DNA from: Aplysia californica
Lineage: Eukaryota
NCBI RefSeq assembly: GCF_000002075.1
Contig: NW_004797441.1
Coordinates: 844,379 to 908,378, forward strand
DNA length: 64,000 nucleotides
Direction of reading: 5' to 3'
Shown: piece after piece, positions 29,801 through 40,914 of the stretch
How the letters are laid out: the number at the start of each line of letters is the position of its first letter
Numbering within the stretch: position 1 is the first letter of the stretch
The notes under the pieces: generated by a model
Seen by the model: only the letters and a program-made list of their open reading frames with translations
The model's database searches: none
Told to the model about the DNA's origin: nothing
Translations under genes and position numbers: made by a program

Positions 29801-32252
29801 TTCTTCCAAAAATCCCAGAAAGATGTTGTTACACGAGTAGATTTGATATATCCACTGGTAATTCCATTCCTTTTTTTTTGTTACAGTAAAGTACTTTTCA
29901 TTTGTCTACAAACAGGACATCTGCATAGTAGTAAAATTGTAAGAGAAATATGAATAGAGGTGAATAGTGATGGTTAAGATGTCGTAGCTATTTTTCCTGC
30001 AATTAATCTGTTTATGATTTTTAAACTCTTTAGCAACTTCATAAATTTATTTTATTATTCAGAAGTTAATTCATCATGTATCATTCCTAAGTTTGAACAA
30101 TGCAGATAGTAAGGTTAGAATCAATTATTCTCTCGAGTGTTTTACATGAAATAGATAAGTTTTAGCCTTTTCCTTTCTTAAAATGAAGTTAAAAAAGAAC
30201 AAAACTGTTTTTATTTTTTTAGATGTTAATAACACAAATCCACAGAACATATAAATGCCAGCTCCTTGTTCCCCAGGAAAAGGCTCAGACAGAATGGAGT
30301 GGTCCAAAGTTCCAAGAGCTTCTAGACAAGATCAACGAGCATGCTCCAGAACTGGCAGCCAAAACAGAAGAGAAGAAGGAAACAACATCAGAAAGTGACA
30401 AGAAACCAGGCCCTACGTCATCAGACACGGGTAAATCAGTGCAATTTAAATCAGGCAAGAGGGAGCCAAGTCATGAAAGTATTGATAATAAAAGTCAAAA
30501 ACGAGAATTTGAACCTGAACCTGCCAATAAAGCTTTAAAAAGTGACCAGAAAGTAGTGGTTGAACCAGTTCAGTCTAAATTGGATAATGAGGACTCAAGT
30601 AAAAAAAGCAGTAAAGAACAAAGAGAGAAAGAAAACATTGTACCCTTTGGTAAAGTGCCTGAGAAAGAGGAAAGGATGACTGTAGAAGAAAAGTCAGCAA
30701 CTCCTGCTGCAGCATCCGTCAGAAGGACAACGGTGAAGACCAAGCAGCAGAAGCCTCATGAACCTTCCCCTCCACCATCTCGGCAAAAACTAGTAGAGTC
30801 TCACCCTCCTCCATCTCAACAAAAACCTGAAAGACCCCGCCCTCCACCATCTCAACGAAAACAGGAAAAACCCCGCCCTCCGCCATCACAGCAAAAACAA
30901 GAAGGGGGACTCCGCCCCCCTCCATCTCAGCAAAAGTCAAATAGTAAACACACACAACGTCCAATCTCTCAGCAATCCTCCTCTTCTCAACTGTCAAAAA
31001 CGTCATCTGGAACTGCTGCAAGGTCGAACAAAACTGAATCCAAAACTTCTGAGAATGGGAAAGGAGCAATACGTCCTCCCCCTTCGCAGCAGTCATCTCA
31101 GGGTGGACCATGGTCACGCCCATCTGCAGTTTTCCAGTCAGGTAAAACTCTGATTTCAGCAACCAAAAAAAAAGGGTTCACAATGAGAGTGAGCTCTAGC
31201 ATTGGCTTTTTTCGTTTCTTGTGTTTGCATCTAGACAGGTGAGTGTAATCGGAAGTCCAGAATCATATTCTTCCTTTGTTGTCTAGATGAGTTCTTTCTT
31301 TGACACTGATACTGACACAAACATGTACAGGCATGTGTGTGGATGTGCACACATACACATATATATAAAACAAAGATCATTTGCTCAACTCAAATAGATG
31401 GATGATGACATAGGCAAACAGACACACATGAACATTCTCCTTCTCCTTCACCTAGTCTGTAGTCTGGCTTACGTTGGGGCACAACTAGATTTTGCGACCA
31501 GCTTAATTCATTCCTCATTGTTCTCAGCTTTCCACAGTATGATGTTCTAGTCACTGCTAGTCCATTCTTTGATTGGTCTTCCCATCGTTTCCTCTGTTTG
31601 CCTCTTATTCTCCATTCTTGTGTTGCTTGCTGTAGAATTGTCCAGTTCGGATAATCGTATGACGTGCTTGCATCACCTCAGTTTGTGTCTTTTTATTGGT
31701 CAGGAGGTCTTTCACAGCCAAATGGCATTTCCAATTTTGGTTCTCACAGCCTCATTAGTTGTGTGATCTCTGTACAAGATATCGAGGAGTTTGCGAACAC
31801 ATCTCATCTCCAGTACTTGTATCCTTCTTTGGATGTCCACGTTTCACAATACATAATACAGCCAGACAGAAAATCATATGCTTGTAGATAGGCGGATGAA
31901 TGGATGGATGGATCAATAGATGGATGGATGGACAGCTGCTTAACGCAATGGTAGATAATGGGACCTGTGAAAAAAGGCTCCCAAGAGAATGAAAGCAACA
32001 CAAATGACAGTGCCTTGTTGAAGAAGTGAGTATTCAGCCTTTGTTGAGCGTCGAGGAAAAGCTCTTTTTTGAAAATTTACTGAACTGCACCCTTCCCCCT
32101 TTTTTAACAAATTTGTGCTATGAGAATCCGTTATGAAGATTGTTTATTTATAGTTATTAAACACCTGTATAAAAACATACATGGATATTATATATAGACA
32201 AACCCATGTGCGTGCGAACACACATACACACACACCAACACGTACACACACA

Positions 32253-32331
<79 letters not shown>

Positions 32332-32838
32332 AAACACACTCACACATTCGTATAATGCATTGGATATTTCTCATTTCTATTCATCTCATAAAGCTTGAAG
32401 ACCCTCAGCTCTGGGAAGGATTCAGATAAAAAAGATCCTTGAAAAAGGAAACTACAACAACATATGACATACATTTTGGCTAACCCTTCACGCAGCTGCT
32501 TATCCAGAATTTGTGTTATTGAAATCTGTTCTGCGGTGAGGAGGGGGGGGGGGGTTGTTGTGTGGTGGCTATTTTTAATGTATGACCACTGCGTTTTTCT
32601 ATCGGCAGGTCAATCTCGCCCTCCACCACAGAAAGCACGTTCAGTGAGCCCCAGGAAAGCAACAGAAGCAAAAAGTTCACCTCAGAGTAAACCGGCTTCA
32701 GGCAAAAACCAGGAAAGATCTGAACAGACACCTTCACCTGAGAAGAAGGACATTTCTTCACCTTCAAAACAAGAAAGATCACCTTCACCCCAAAAGCCTT
32801 CAAAGCCTCCCAAAAGTTCTTCTTGCACCACTTTGTGA
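1797..32838 (+). CDS. Spliced gene, 1682 aa: ARM/HEAT-like solenoid - coiled coil - Death domain - TIR_2 - TIR_2 - disordered tail - CaaX
   Basis: Coding exons, all GT-AG with matching phases: 1797-1861, 2844-3017, 3829-3988, 4960-5096, 5709-5856, 6332-6468, 7602-7752, 8545-8678, 9656-9680, 10374-10516, 12021-12150, 13230-13366, 14248-14401, 16656-16863, 17617-17765, 20661-20876, 21496-21713, 22956-23187, 23883-24046, 25128-25237, 25612-25871, 27446-27683, 28735-28844, 29245-29598, 30277-31141, 32609-32838. Total 5049 nt, open to TGA at 32836-32838. Start codon in strong Kozak context (gccacaATGG). Exons hidden in N-gaps cannot be excluded. Confidence 0.88.
6599..7034. mobile_element. MITE family A, copy 1
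   Basis: Imperfect TIRs TATGTG...GGTGAAATCAGGCG / CGCCTGACTCCACC...CACATA. Homologous copy at 22472-22921 and fragments at about 19721-19870 and 35495-35545. Confidence 0.75.
13377..13440. repeat. (CAT)n microsatellite
   Basis: Read directly; it accounts for the poly-Met ORF on the minus strand. Confidence 0.95.
13617..13784. mobile_element. Tc1/mariner-pogo type MITE
   Basis: TA-flanked TIRs CAGTGCAG...ATAACGAC / GTCGTTA...CTGCACT. Confidence 0.65.
14911..16582 (+). mobile_element. Degenerate DNA transposon with transposase remnant (possibly Sola-like)
   Basis: TIRs AGGGCACAAGGGAAAAACCAGCGATGTCA / TGACATGGCTGGTTTTTCCCTTGTGCCCT; subterminal copies of the motif at about 15062 and 16342; ATAT flanks. 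Internal ORF 15586-16167 ends in [15 protein letters not shown]. Superfamily uncertain. Confidence 0.65.
16656..21713 (+). CDS. Exons 14-17: ARM-like helical region resembling the VEPH1/Melted N-terminal domain
   Basis: Segments [66 protein letters not shown] and [16 protein letters not shown] appear to align colinearly with my recollection of human VEPH1 N-terminal helices. No alignment was computed. Confidence 0.5.
17965..18160 (+). mobile_element. tRNA-derived SINE with conserved central domain (Deu/Nin-like)
   Basis: B-box GGTTCGAG followed by GTTGTGTCCTTG...GGCACTTT...CACCCAGGT...AAATGGGTACC. Confidence 0.6.
18160..19340 (-). mobile_element. Non-LTR retrotransposon 3' fragment with RNase H (I/Nimb/Ingi group)
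   Basis: YTDGS, IFTDSLS and [19 protein letters not shown] RNase H motifs, then QLRTQH..LNQHL..CP...[10 protein letters not shown]; frameshifted. Confidence 0.85.
22472..22921. mobile_element. MITE family A, copy 2
   Basis: Colinear similarity to 6599-7034 including both ends. Confidence 0.75.
22956..23187 (+). CDS. Exon 18: coiled-coil segment
   Basis: [74 protein letters not shown] shows clear heptad L/V/I periodicity and is acidic. Confidence 0.85.
23883..25237 (+). CDS. Exons 19-20: Death domain
   Basis: [44 protein letters not shown]|[30 protein letters not shown] matches the Death-fold pattern DWxxLAxxLG...P...LLxxW...L...L..MxRxDA. Confidence 0.85.
25612..27683 (+). CDS. Exons 21-22: first TIR_2 domain
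   Basis: [46 protein letters not shown]|V, LIPLLME, WPP: the SARM1/bacterial-type TIR_2 pattern with Glu in the alphaC helix. Confidence 0.92.
26670..27255. mobile_element. hAT-type MITE
   Basis: Ends TAGGGCTGG / CCAGCTCTA with a perfect 8-bp TSD GTTTGGAG (26662-26669, 27256-27263). Confidence 0.8.
29245..30345 (+). CDS. Exon 24 and start of exon 25: second TIR_2 domain
   Basis: [64 protein letters not shown], then W..PKFQELL as in TIR1. Confidence 0.92.
31435..31900 (-). mobile_element. RTE-type LINE 3' fragment
   Basis: Minus strand encodes degenerate LYYCETW...RLRWCKH...GRP..EW and ends in a (GAAGGA) tail. Confidence 0.6.
32609..32838 (+). CDS. Terminal exon: S/P/K-rich tail ending in CaaX motif CTTL
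   Basis: Phase-1 acceptor at 32608 matches the donor after 31141; the ORF ends ...[14 protein letters not shown]-stop. Confidence 0.8.
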
Positions 32839-33685
32839 ACTATTTTCTTTCTTTTAAGATAAAAGAACCTTCACACTATACCAATAATGATGTGAGGAAA
32901 TTTTTAGTGTGAATGAACACTTTTAATGTACCCTTATTGATTATTTCTGCAGTGATAGCTTTGGTTTTGTTATCTTTATATAATTTTGAAAGCCAGACAC
33001 TTGATCCAGCTATTTGAAGTAAGGGAAAAAGATAAAGTAAGTAAGTGTCATTCATTTACATGTGGGTACAGATATTTGTTGATGTTAATAACCCCAAGAA
33101 ATGACGCAGCTGCTTATATTCAGCGGGGCTGTAATATAATCTTATCGCTACCCAAGTTGCCCACTAAAATTCATTGCTATGGTTTTCCAATTTCATGACA
33201 GCATGAAAACCAGTTTCAAGAGCAATGGATGTGAGACAAATGGATTGTAGCACGTCTGTGTGTTGGCATCAACACTTTTCAGCATAACGTTCTTAGCGGT
33301 GATATTTGATGCCTTCCAGAGCTCCCATGCTGGCGTTGATATCAGGCACAGACTGGGTGGTAAAGTTTTCAATTCCCATAGGCCGCAAGCAAAAACAAAA
33401 ACTAGCTTGATTCCTGTCTGTGAACTGCTATTTGCTGATGACTATGCATTGCTTGCTCATGAAGAATCCAGCATGCAAAACTGTGTTGATCTTTTTTAAC
33501 ATGCATGTGAGAACTTAGGACTGACAATAAGCACAATAAAGATGGAAGACCTCTTCCAGCCTGTCCTTGGTGATTTGCAGACTCTCCCTTATGAAATCAA
33601 AAATACATAACGTATCGCTGAAAAATGTTGATAGCTTAAAATATCTTGGTAGTACGCTATCTTCAAATGTTCTCATCGATGCAGA

Positions 33686-34783
33686 GGCTTCCAGTTAATT
33701 CGTCACACGATAAAGTTGTCTCACACCTCCAGTGATCTCGTCACAGTTATCTCATCACATAGGCCTACTCATACTTGTGAAAAACGTGTGGCTAGTCACC
33801 TTGGATTGGCAGGCAAACCCACACATGTCAACCTTTAATTAATAATATAGAGGGTGATAAAAAAACAACTGTACAACCTTTTTTCTGAATATCTTGCACA
33901 AAAATTGTTTTTTAGAAGGCTGTAATTTGGAATAGACATAGTTCATTCAAAAGGAATTTGTTTGACATAAAATCCATGAAGAAGAAATTTTTTTTGAAAA
34001 CGGAAAAGGCTTACAGAAAAAAGCACCCAAAAACGCCAATTTCGCTAATTTTTAAAAATCTTGTAAAGGAAGTGAAAAGGTTGGTTGACTTCTTTCTATC
34101 TTTTCTCTTTGACATTTAATTTTCCATCCCTGTAACATTTAAACAATGATTAATTTCTTTTACAGAGTTTAAAAAAACTGTCAATTTCATTCTGAAATTC
34201 CTAGAAGTAGTGCTCTACATGCCCCCCCTTTGGACTCGACACTTTTTTAACGAGTCGTTCGAAATGTTCAATGGTGTCCAAACACAAGGACCTACTAAAC
34301 CATGAGTGTTTTAAGCCACATACACTGTAAATATTCAGTACATATTCTAAAAATAATATCAGACAAATTCCTTTTGGCTTCCAAATGATATTCAAATCTG
34401 AAACACAAAACTTCAGTATAGAGGAAGATATTTACAAAACAATTTGTACAGTTTTTGTTTTTGGATCACCCTGTATTTAAAATACAAAACCAGAGTTTAT
34501 TCAATCAAAATCTACACATGTCATCCTTTCTGTTTCAACTTTTTGAAGAGAAAACAGACACATTTTTGGGTGCAATATATAAAACCTGTTAACTGTTAAA
34601 ATTTGCATACCCTTACTGTATGCAATAAAACAAATCTAAAATGGTACAAGATGGCTGGTGGCTTTACACGGGGGAGGTGGTGTGACGAGTTCACTGTTAT
34701 ATTTGGATACTTTTTTTTCGATGAACTCGCCACACGTTTTTCAGCTGTGTCGACTTTACCGTGTGACAAGTTCACTGATTCCC
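33686..34783. mobile_element. MITE inserted in the RTE
   Basis: About 35-bp imperfect TIRs CAGTTAATTCGTCACACGATAAAGT / ACTTTACCGTGTGACAAGTTCACTG. Confidence 0.7.
33850..34473. mobile_element. Tc1/mariner non-autonomous element nested in the previous MITE
   Basis: TA-flanked TIRs AGGGTGAT...AACTGTACAA / TTGTACAGTT...ATCACCCTG. Confidence 0.75.
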
Positions 34784-35583
34784 GCTGCAGGAATAGCTTT
34801 GTATATGAATAAACTGGTGCATATTGTGGAAGATTCGGAGCAAGGGTTTGGGAATGCTGTGGCATTCACCTAGAGACAAAGTTGAAAGTTTACCCAACCC
34901 TGTTGTACGATGCCAAGATCTGGACAGTGCACCAAAGTCATGCAAAGAAGTTTAATAATTTCCACAAGAAATGCCTCAGGAGAATTCTTGGCATCAAATG
35001 GCAAGACAAAGTACTAGACACCAAAGTTTTCAAAAGGATAACTGCAGAGAGTCTGTTTTCTAAGCTCTGAAGGACTCAATTTCGCTGGGCTGACCATGTC
35101 ATTAGAATACCTGATTTCAGAACCTCATTGGCTGTATTCTTTTCTTGTCCTCAGGGAAGCATAAAGTTGGCGTACTAAAAAAAGGGTAAAAGTCACCTTG
35201 AAAACATCTTTGAGTGATTTCATTAAAAAATCCCTGGATATGGGAAAGCCTGGTTGCTGACAAACTCTCTTGGAGGGCAGCAGTCAAAGTAGGCGGCAAG
35301 TCATTTGAGACTTCACGAATAAGAAATGCTTAAGTGTTTGTTGTAGACAGATGGCCTCCTACACAGTGACATTGTAATGTTTAAAAAAAAAACCCAAAAA
35401 TGAAAGGCTGGAAATGGGAAATGGCTGTTTGTACAATTAATTACCTTATACAGGTGGTTGTTAGAGTAAGCTTTAAGATTGTACCAATAATTTCATCTGC
35501 CCAAAAATTGACGAGTGCCTGATTCCACCTCCACGGTGTCATCACACACACGCACACACACACACTCACACAAACACACGCAC

Positions 35584-35618
<35 letters not shown>

Positions 35619-37329
35619 CACACACACAATCCTTCCCCTACTTTTATGATTTTCTTTCATTTAAGTGACCTGTGATGAGGGCTGGAGTTTCAAGTGTTCA
35701 GCTTTGTCTGAAATCTGTTATTTATCCGTCCATGTTGAATATTCTGTGATAATATATTTATACAATGAGGAGTCCCCTTAAAGGTATGCTGACAGCTTGG
35801 AGACCTATAAACCACATGACTATGCACATGTAGGCTACATGATGTATTTCTAGGTGCTCATCACTTTCAGCAAAGTGATTTATGATTATTATAAACAAGC
35901 CACCACCCTGTCAGTTCTGTTCTTGCACTGTGTTACTTAGTTAAAATTATCTTTTTTTAATGTTTCTTCCTCTTAAATGTATGCAGATTAATGGACTTTC
36001 TTTAGGTTACCAAATATTACAAAAGAGGTTTGTAACTACTGTGTTCACACTAGTGCTTTACACCCTGTTTGCTTGCCGTCTCAAAAGCAAATGAAAAAAA
36101 AAGAATTGCACTATTAATTAATAATCATTCTTTCAGTTTCTTTATCCTCTCCTCCTCTATAGCAGCCCTCACTTTTTCTTTCTAGTTTGATATTTTCAAG
36201 GTTTTGTTTTATCTGTTTCAAGCGAACATCAATTGCATTCAAACAAACTCTTAATGTGCTTAAAAGATGGGTTTCACTATCTGACCTTAAAGTATTTTTT
36301 AAAAATTAGACCAACATTCAGACATTCCTTTTATATTGCAATATTGTCATACTGTTTCTTTTAGTGAGCAACTTACTTGTTACATTGCGTCATATTTTTT
36401 ATTAAATGCACAACTAGGCCTATATTAAAAGTAATAAATAAGAATATTTTTCCAATGTTTGTTTTCATGCTTTGGAGAATTTCCAATTCATCTGTTTTGT
36501 TTAAGATTGGGCATTGTTTCCACATTAAGATAGTATGGTTAAGTTGTCTTGTCGTGTTTTCTTTCAGACTTCTCGACCATGTTTGCCTTAGCTTCCGTGT
36601 ACTTCTATGTTTCACTATTGTACTTGTGCGTCAATGCTGTTGTTACTATTGCCACCCCTGTTGATGTGGCTAATGTTACCTTCTCTTTTTCTAGTTATTG
36701 CTGTTACTTTATTGGGGAAAGGTGCGTGTTCTTCTACATTTGTTTGTTTTCTTTCGTGCTTAAGATAGACAGAGGCACCCGGACAAACGAGGAAAGAGAA
36801 TGGAAGAAATTGACAAGGAAATAAGGTATACAGTAATTTCGTATAGATGGGGGATCAAAAGTAATCAACCAAGGCTATAACTATATAATTTAGATCTGTA
36901 CGTGATTGCACTGCCCTCTGACACTTCCGATCGTACTTGCTTAGGCAGACATAATCTTTTAGATAGAAAAAGAAAACGTTTAGATGCTATACCCTTTGGC
37001 AGTGTCTAACCAGCAATGAATCGAGGAATAATCAGACCTTCAAACATAGTTTTGGGGGAGGGGGATGCGCCCTCCCATGTCCTCCACGTATGGTTGCTTA
37101 AATGGATCATGAGACATCAAAAAAGAAAGTGAAAACGGGCATGTTATGGTGAGCTAGATAGAGTTCTTTCATTATGGTTAATTGTGTACCAAGTCCCAGA
37201 AAACCCACCCTCTTTGAGAAAACCTTTGAAGGTATTACTTTTTGGGTAGTTAGATCTATTTCTTTTGAGGTATCTTCTGCTCGCCAAACTTATTGTATTC
37301 ACCCAGAGACAACACTGTGAAAGTATATA

Positions 37330-38583
37330 TGTTACAGTAAGAATGCGTACCTAGTGAATACGCGTAATCACTGAATATTTTAGTGAATACACGTAATCAC
37401 CGTTTCACTCAGGGGTTTCACGTAATCACTGAAATTTCTAGTGATTACGCGAAATCCCTTAAATTAGACCTATCATTTTACGTGTTCTTACTATTGAGCA
37501 TTCAGTGAATTCACGTAATAGCCCCGCCACTGTGCAGGGATTACGCGTTTTCACTGAAATATTCAGTGATTACGCGTAATAACTAGATTGATCTACGTGT
37601 TCTTACTGTAACATAGATGGGAAACTAGGAGACATCGTTTGTATGCCAGTTCCACTTGTTGATCGAGGGAGAGGCGATCCTAGAAATATCCTTGGTGTCA
37701 TAATTGACAGACAAGAAGATAGCCGTAAAAGCTGGTTTGTATTCCAGAAATCATTTCGATTTGTGCCATGAGCGTCTTCTGAACACTGACGACATAAACA
37801 CCGAACAAATAGTTTCACTGCATTCGGCGGTGATTTTTCAATCCTCTTCTGGTGGACAAGGCTTCACAAGATGCAACTGTACTGATGCCAAAAAGTGTAG
37901 TTCCAGGCGATGTAAATGCCGTAAAGCAGGTCTTAGGTGTAACTTACGCTGTCATAGCAGCCTCAATTGTTGTAACAAGTGACGACGTCGATGGATTTTA
38001 GTCTTAAGTATTTAACTGAAAACTGAAACAACAACAACAACAATGGCGTCTGCCATTTAAAAAAATTTAATGCTTTGTTTTTAGANNNNNNNNNNNNNNN
38101 NNNNNNNNNNNNNNNNNNNNNNNNNNNNNNNNNNNNNNNNNNNNNNNNNNNNNNNNNNNNNNNNNNNNNNNNNNNNNNNNNNNNNNNNNNNNNNNNNNNN
38201 NNNNNNNNNNNNNNNNNNNNNNNNNNNNNNNNNNNNNNNNNNNNNNNNNNNNNNNNNNNNNNNNNNNNNNNNNNNNNNNNNNNNNNNNNNNNNNNNNNNN
38301 NNNNNNNNNNNNNNNNNNNNNNNNNNNNNNNNNNNNNNNNNNNNNNNNNNNNNNNNNNNNNNNNNNACTATTTAAGGAATAAACTTTTACAAAAGTATAT
38401 TATACTACACATGTCTGATCAGGGATTACGCGTAATTACTGTGACCATTTTTCAGGGATTTCACGTAATTCCTGATTATTTCAGTGTTTACGTGAAATCT
38501 CCGAGTGAAACAGGGATTACGCGTTTTCACTGAAATATTCAGTGATTACGCGCATTCACTAGGTACGTGTTCTTACTGTAACA
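37330..38583 (+). mobile_element. Ginger2/TDD-like DNA transposon, internally deleted
   Basis: Long TIRs beginning TGTTACAGTAAGAA and ending TTCTTACTGTAACA, 4-bp TSD TATA. Internal remnant VPLVDRGRGDPRNILGVI...GGQGFTRCNC...C..RRCKC...CN.RCH...CCNK is typical of KRBA2/SCAND3-like integrase C-termini. Confidence 0.8.
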
Positions 38584-38844
38584 TATACAAAGCACAATCA
38601 AACAGTTACGTGTCATCTTTGGCCTACCACCATGCTTAAGAAAGACATTATTTCTTTTAGGATGCCAGTCTGCTAATTACCCAAGCTCGACGGGATCGAT
38701 AAAAGGACAAAATGAAGGCGAAAAACAGGAGGAAGAAAGGTCCGATGTTGTAAAAGGTGAGGGAGGGGGGGGGTGATGCTTTAAAGGAGGACGAGGGAAA
38801 ACAGGCATGAGCAAAAGGAGAGGATATTTTGAATTCTGATGGTA

Positions 38845-39545
38845 TACAGCATGGAAATCAGTGCTGAGAAGACCAAACTGATGCCTAACAGCTTCAAGAA
38901 CATCACAAAGGACATCCAGGTCAACAACCAGATGCTTCAGATCGTACGTAGCTTCAAATACCTGGGTGCAATAGTGACAGACTAAGGATCAAAATCAGAA
39001 ATACTGTTCAGAATATCGCAAACTTCTGCAGGAATGACCAAGTTGAAAACCATCTGGTATGACAGAAATATCACAATCAGATCAAATATCAGACTGGTCT
39101 TGTCAATATTTTTGTAGGCCTGTGCATGTGAATCCTGGACCTTGAACGGAGACCTTGAAAGAAGGATCAAAGCTGTGGAGATGGCTATCCAACAATTCTT
39201 GGTATCTCATCCATACAAAGATCACATCACAAATGATGAAGTCAAACAACGAATCAAAAATGAAATTATGCTGACTCACTCTGGCCAGGAAACGCAAACT
39301 GCAATGGTATGGACACATCTCCCGTTCATCCGGTCTTGCCAAGATAATCCTGCAAGGCAGCGTCCAGGGAAAAAATAGCAGAGGCAGACCGGGGAAGAGT
39401 TGGGGGGACAACATCAAGGATTGGACAGGCCTGGACCTCAACGACACGCGCTCAGGAAAGCTGAAGACCGGAAGGAGTGGAGGAAGCTGGTGGCCAAATC
39501 TTCAAAAGCGTCCCGACGGACATCCAGTCTACGGAATAGGTGAAG
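38845..39545 (+). mobile_element. RTE LINE 3' fragment
   Basis: MEISAEKTKLM, FKYLGA, ACESW, WYGHI and ILQG motifs with stops and frameshifts. Confidence 0.8.
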
Positions 39546-40914
39546 GTGAAGTATAACAGTATGGTTGGGGGGGGGGGGGGGGTGGAGATACGTGTAGAAG
39601 AATGCGGAAGACGTTGACTTACAGGAAGAGGAGTGGGGAAAGAGGTATTGGAGGTGAGGAGGAGGAGGAGGGATTGTGGTGGAGGGGGGAGAAATTAAAA
39701 TATGATGAGGGAGGAATCCGCTTCGACCAATCTTGCTTGGGGGGCGGGAAAGAGGCGAGTCTAAGTGACAGTTGAAAGAAGAGAAGTGGAAATTGAGAAA
39801 TCGTTGGTGCATTTAGAGATGAACGAAAGAAGGTGGGGTGAGTGTGGGGTCACGTTCGGAAATTGTGGGAGGGGGTGGTGGAGAGGTGGGGTTGGGAAAA
39901 AACCGCAACAGGCAGGTGCTTGTGCAGCAGAAATTGCAGCAACAACCACAACAGTGTACACGTTCCTGATCGTCAACGAGATTTTCAAATTTATTTTATT
40001 CTCGAAGTAGGAGTCCAGGAGAAACGAACAGTAAAATATTGTTATGATAGCTGTTACTATTCAACAAGACAGCCAATAACGATGCTAGTATGGTGATACT
40101 GAAGGAGATATTATTCTCTTTAAGGTCTAGTATTGCAGTGCACATTTTTATAACTAATATTTAGTCACTTTTAGGCACAAGGGGGCTATCCCGAAAATAC
40201 TGTTTGAGAAAATCGAAGTTAAAGTTTTTGGACCCATTGTTCAGGTTTTTTTTAAGTCGAGGAGAGTTTTCTCTATAACCAAACAAATATACACACCAAT
40301 GAAACCAAACTTCTCCTATAGGTAGAGCAATGTCCACTTTTGGTGTAGGTAAAGATTTCTGGAAACACCCGAAATCTGGTTTAGCCCGCTTGTCCTTAAA
40401 AGCGACCATTTCAAGATCTTAAAAAAACTGGGCACAGGACAATCACATACACAAAGGCACTCTTCTTTTAAAGAACATTGTACTTTTAACGTTTTTAATA
40501 TAACCAACTAAAAACGCCTGTTTCTCAGAGCTAAAGAAGCCGCAAGACATTTACCATGAAACATAGTGAAATAGTTACCGTTCTTCATATTGACTAGCTT
40601 TTACTAGATCAATTGCAACGCAAGACTTCCAAAAAGTATGCCATTTATACAAATGTTGAAACCAGATAAAATACATTATACAAACTCCGACTTTTAGCCA
40701 TGGGGTCTTTTCAATCAACTATTAAATTAAATAGAAAAATTACCACCAGCATGGTATGGNNNNNNNNNNNNNNNNNNNNNNNNNNNNNNNNNNNNNNNNN
40801 NNNNNNNNNNNNNNNNNNNNNNNNNNNNNNNNNNNNNNNNNNNNNNNNNNNNNNNNNNNNNNNNNNNNNNNNNNNNNNNNNNNNNNNNNNNNNNNNNNNN
40901 NNNNNNNNNNNTAC

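Larger units (their letters stand above)
33200..35330 (+). mobile_element. Degenerate RTE LINE interrupted by nested MITEs
   Basis: LLFADDYAL and KYLGS lie before 33686; KLKVY..LLYDA..W..LRRILGIKWQDKV lies after 34783. Confidence 0.8.

Noticed and set aside
37330-37613. Regularly spaced short repeats resembling a CRISPR array
   Set aside because: Eukaryotic context; these are subterminal repeats within transposon TIRs, with no unique spacers or cas genes.
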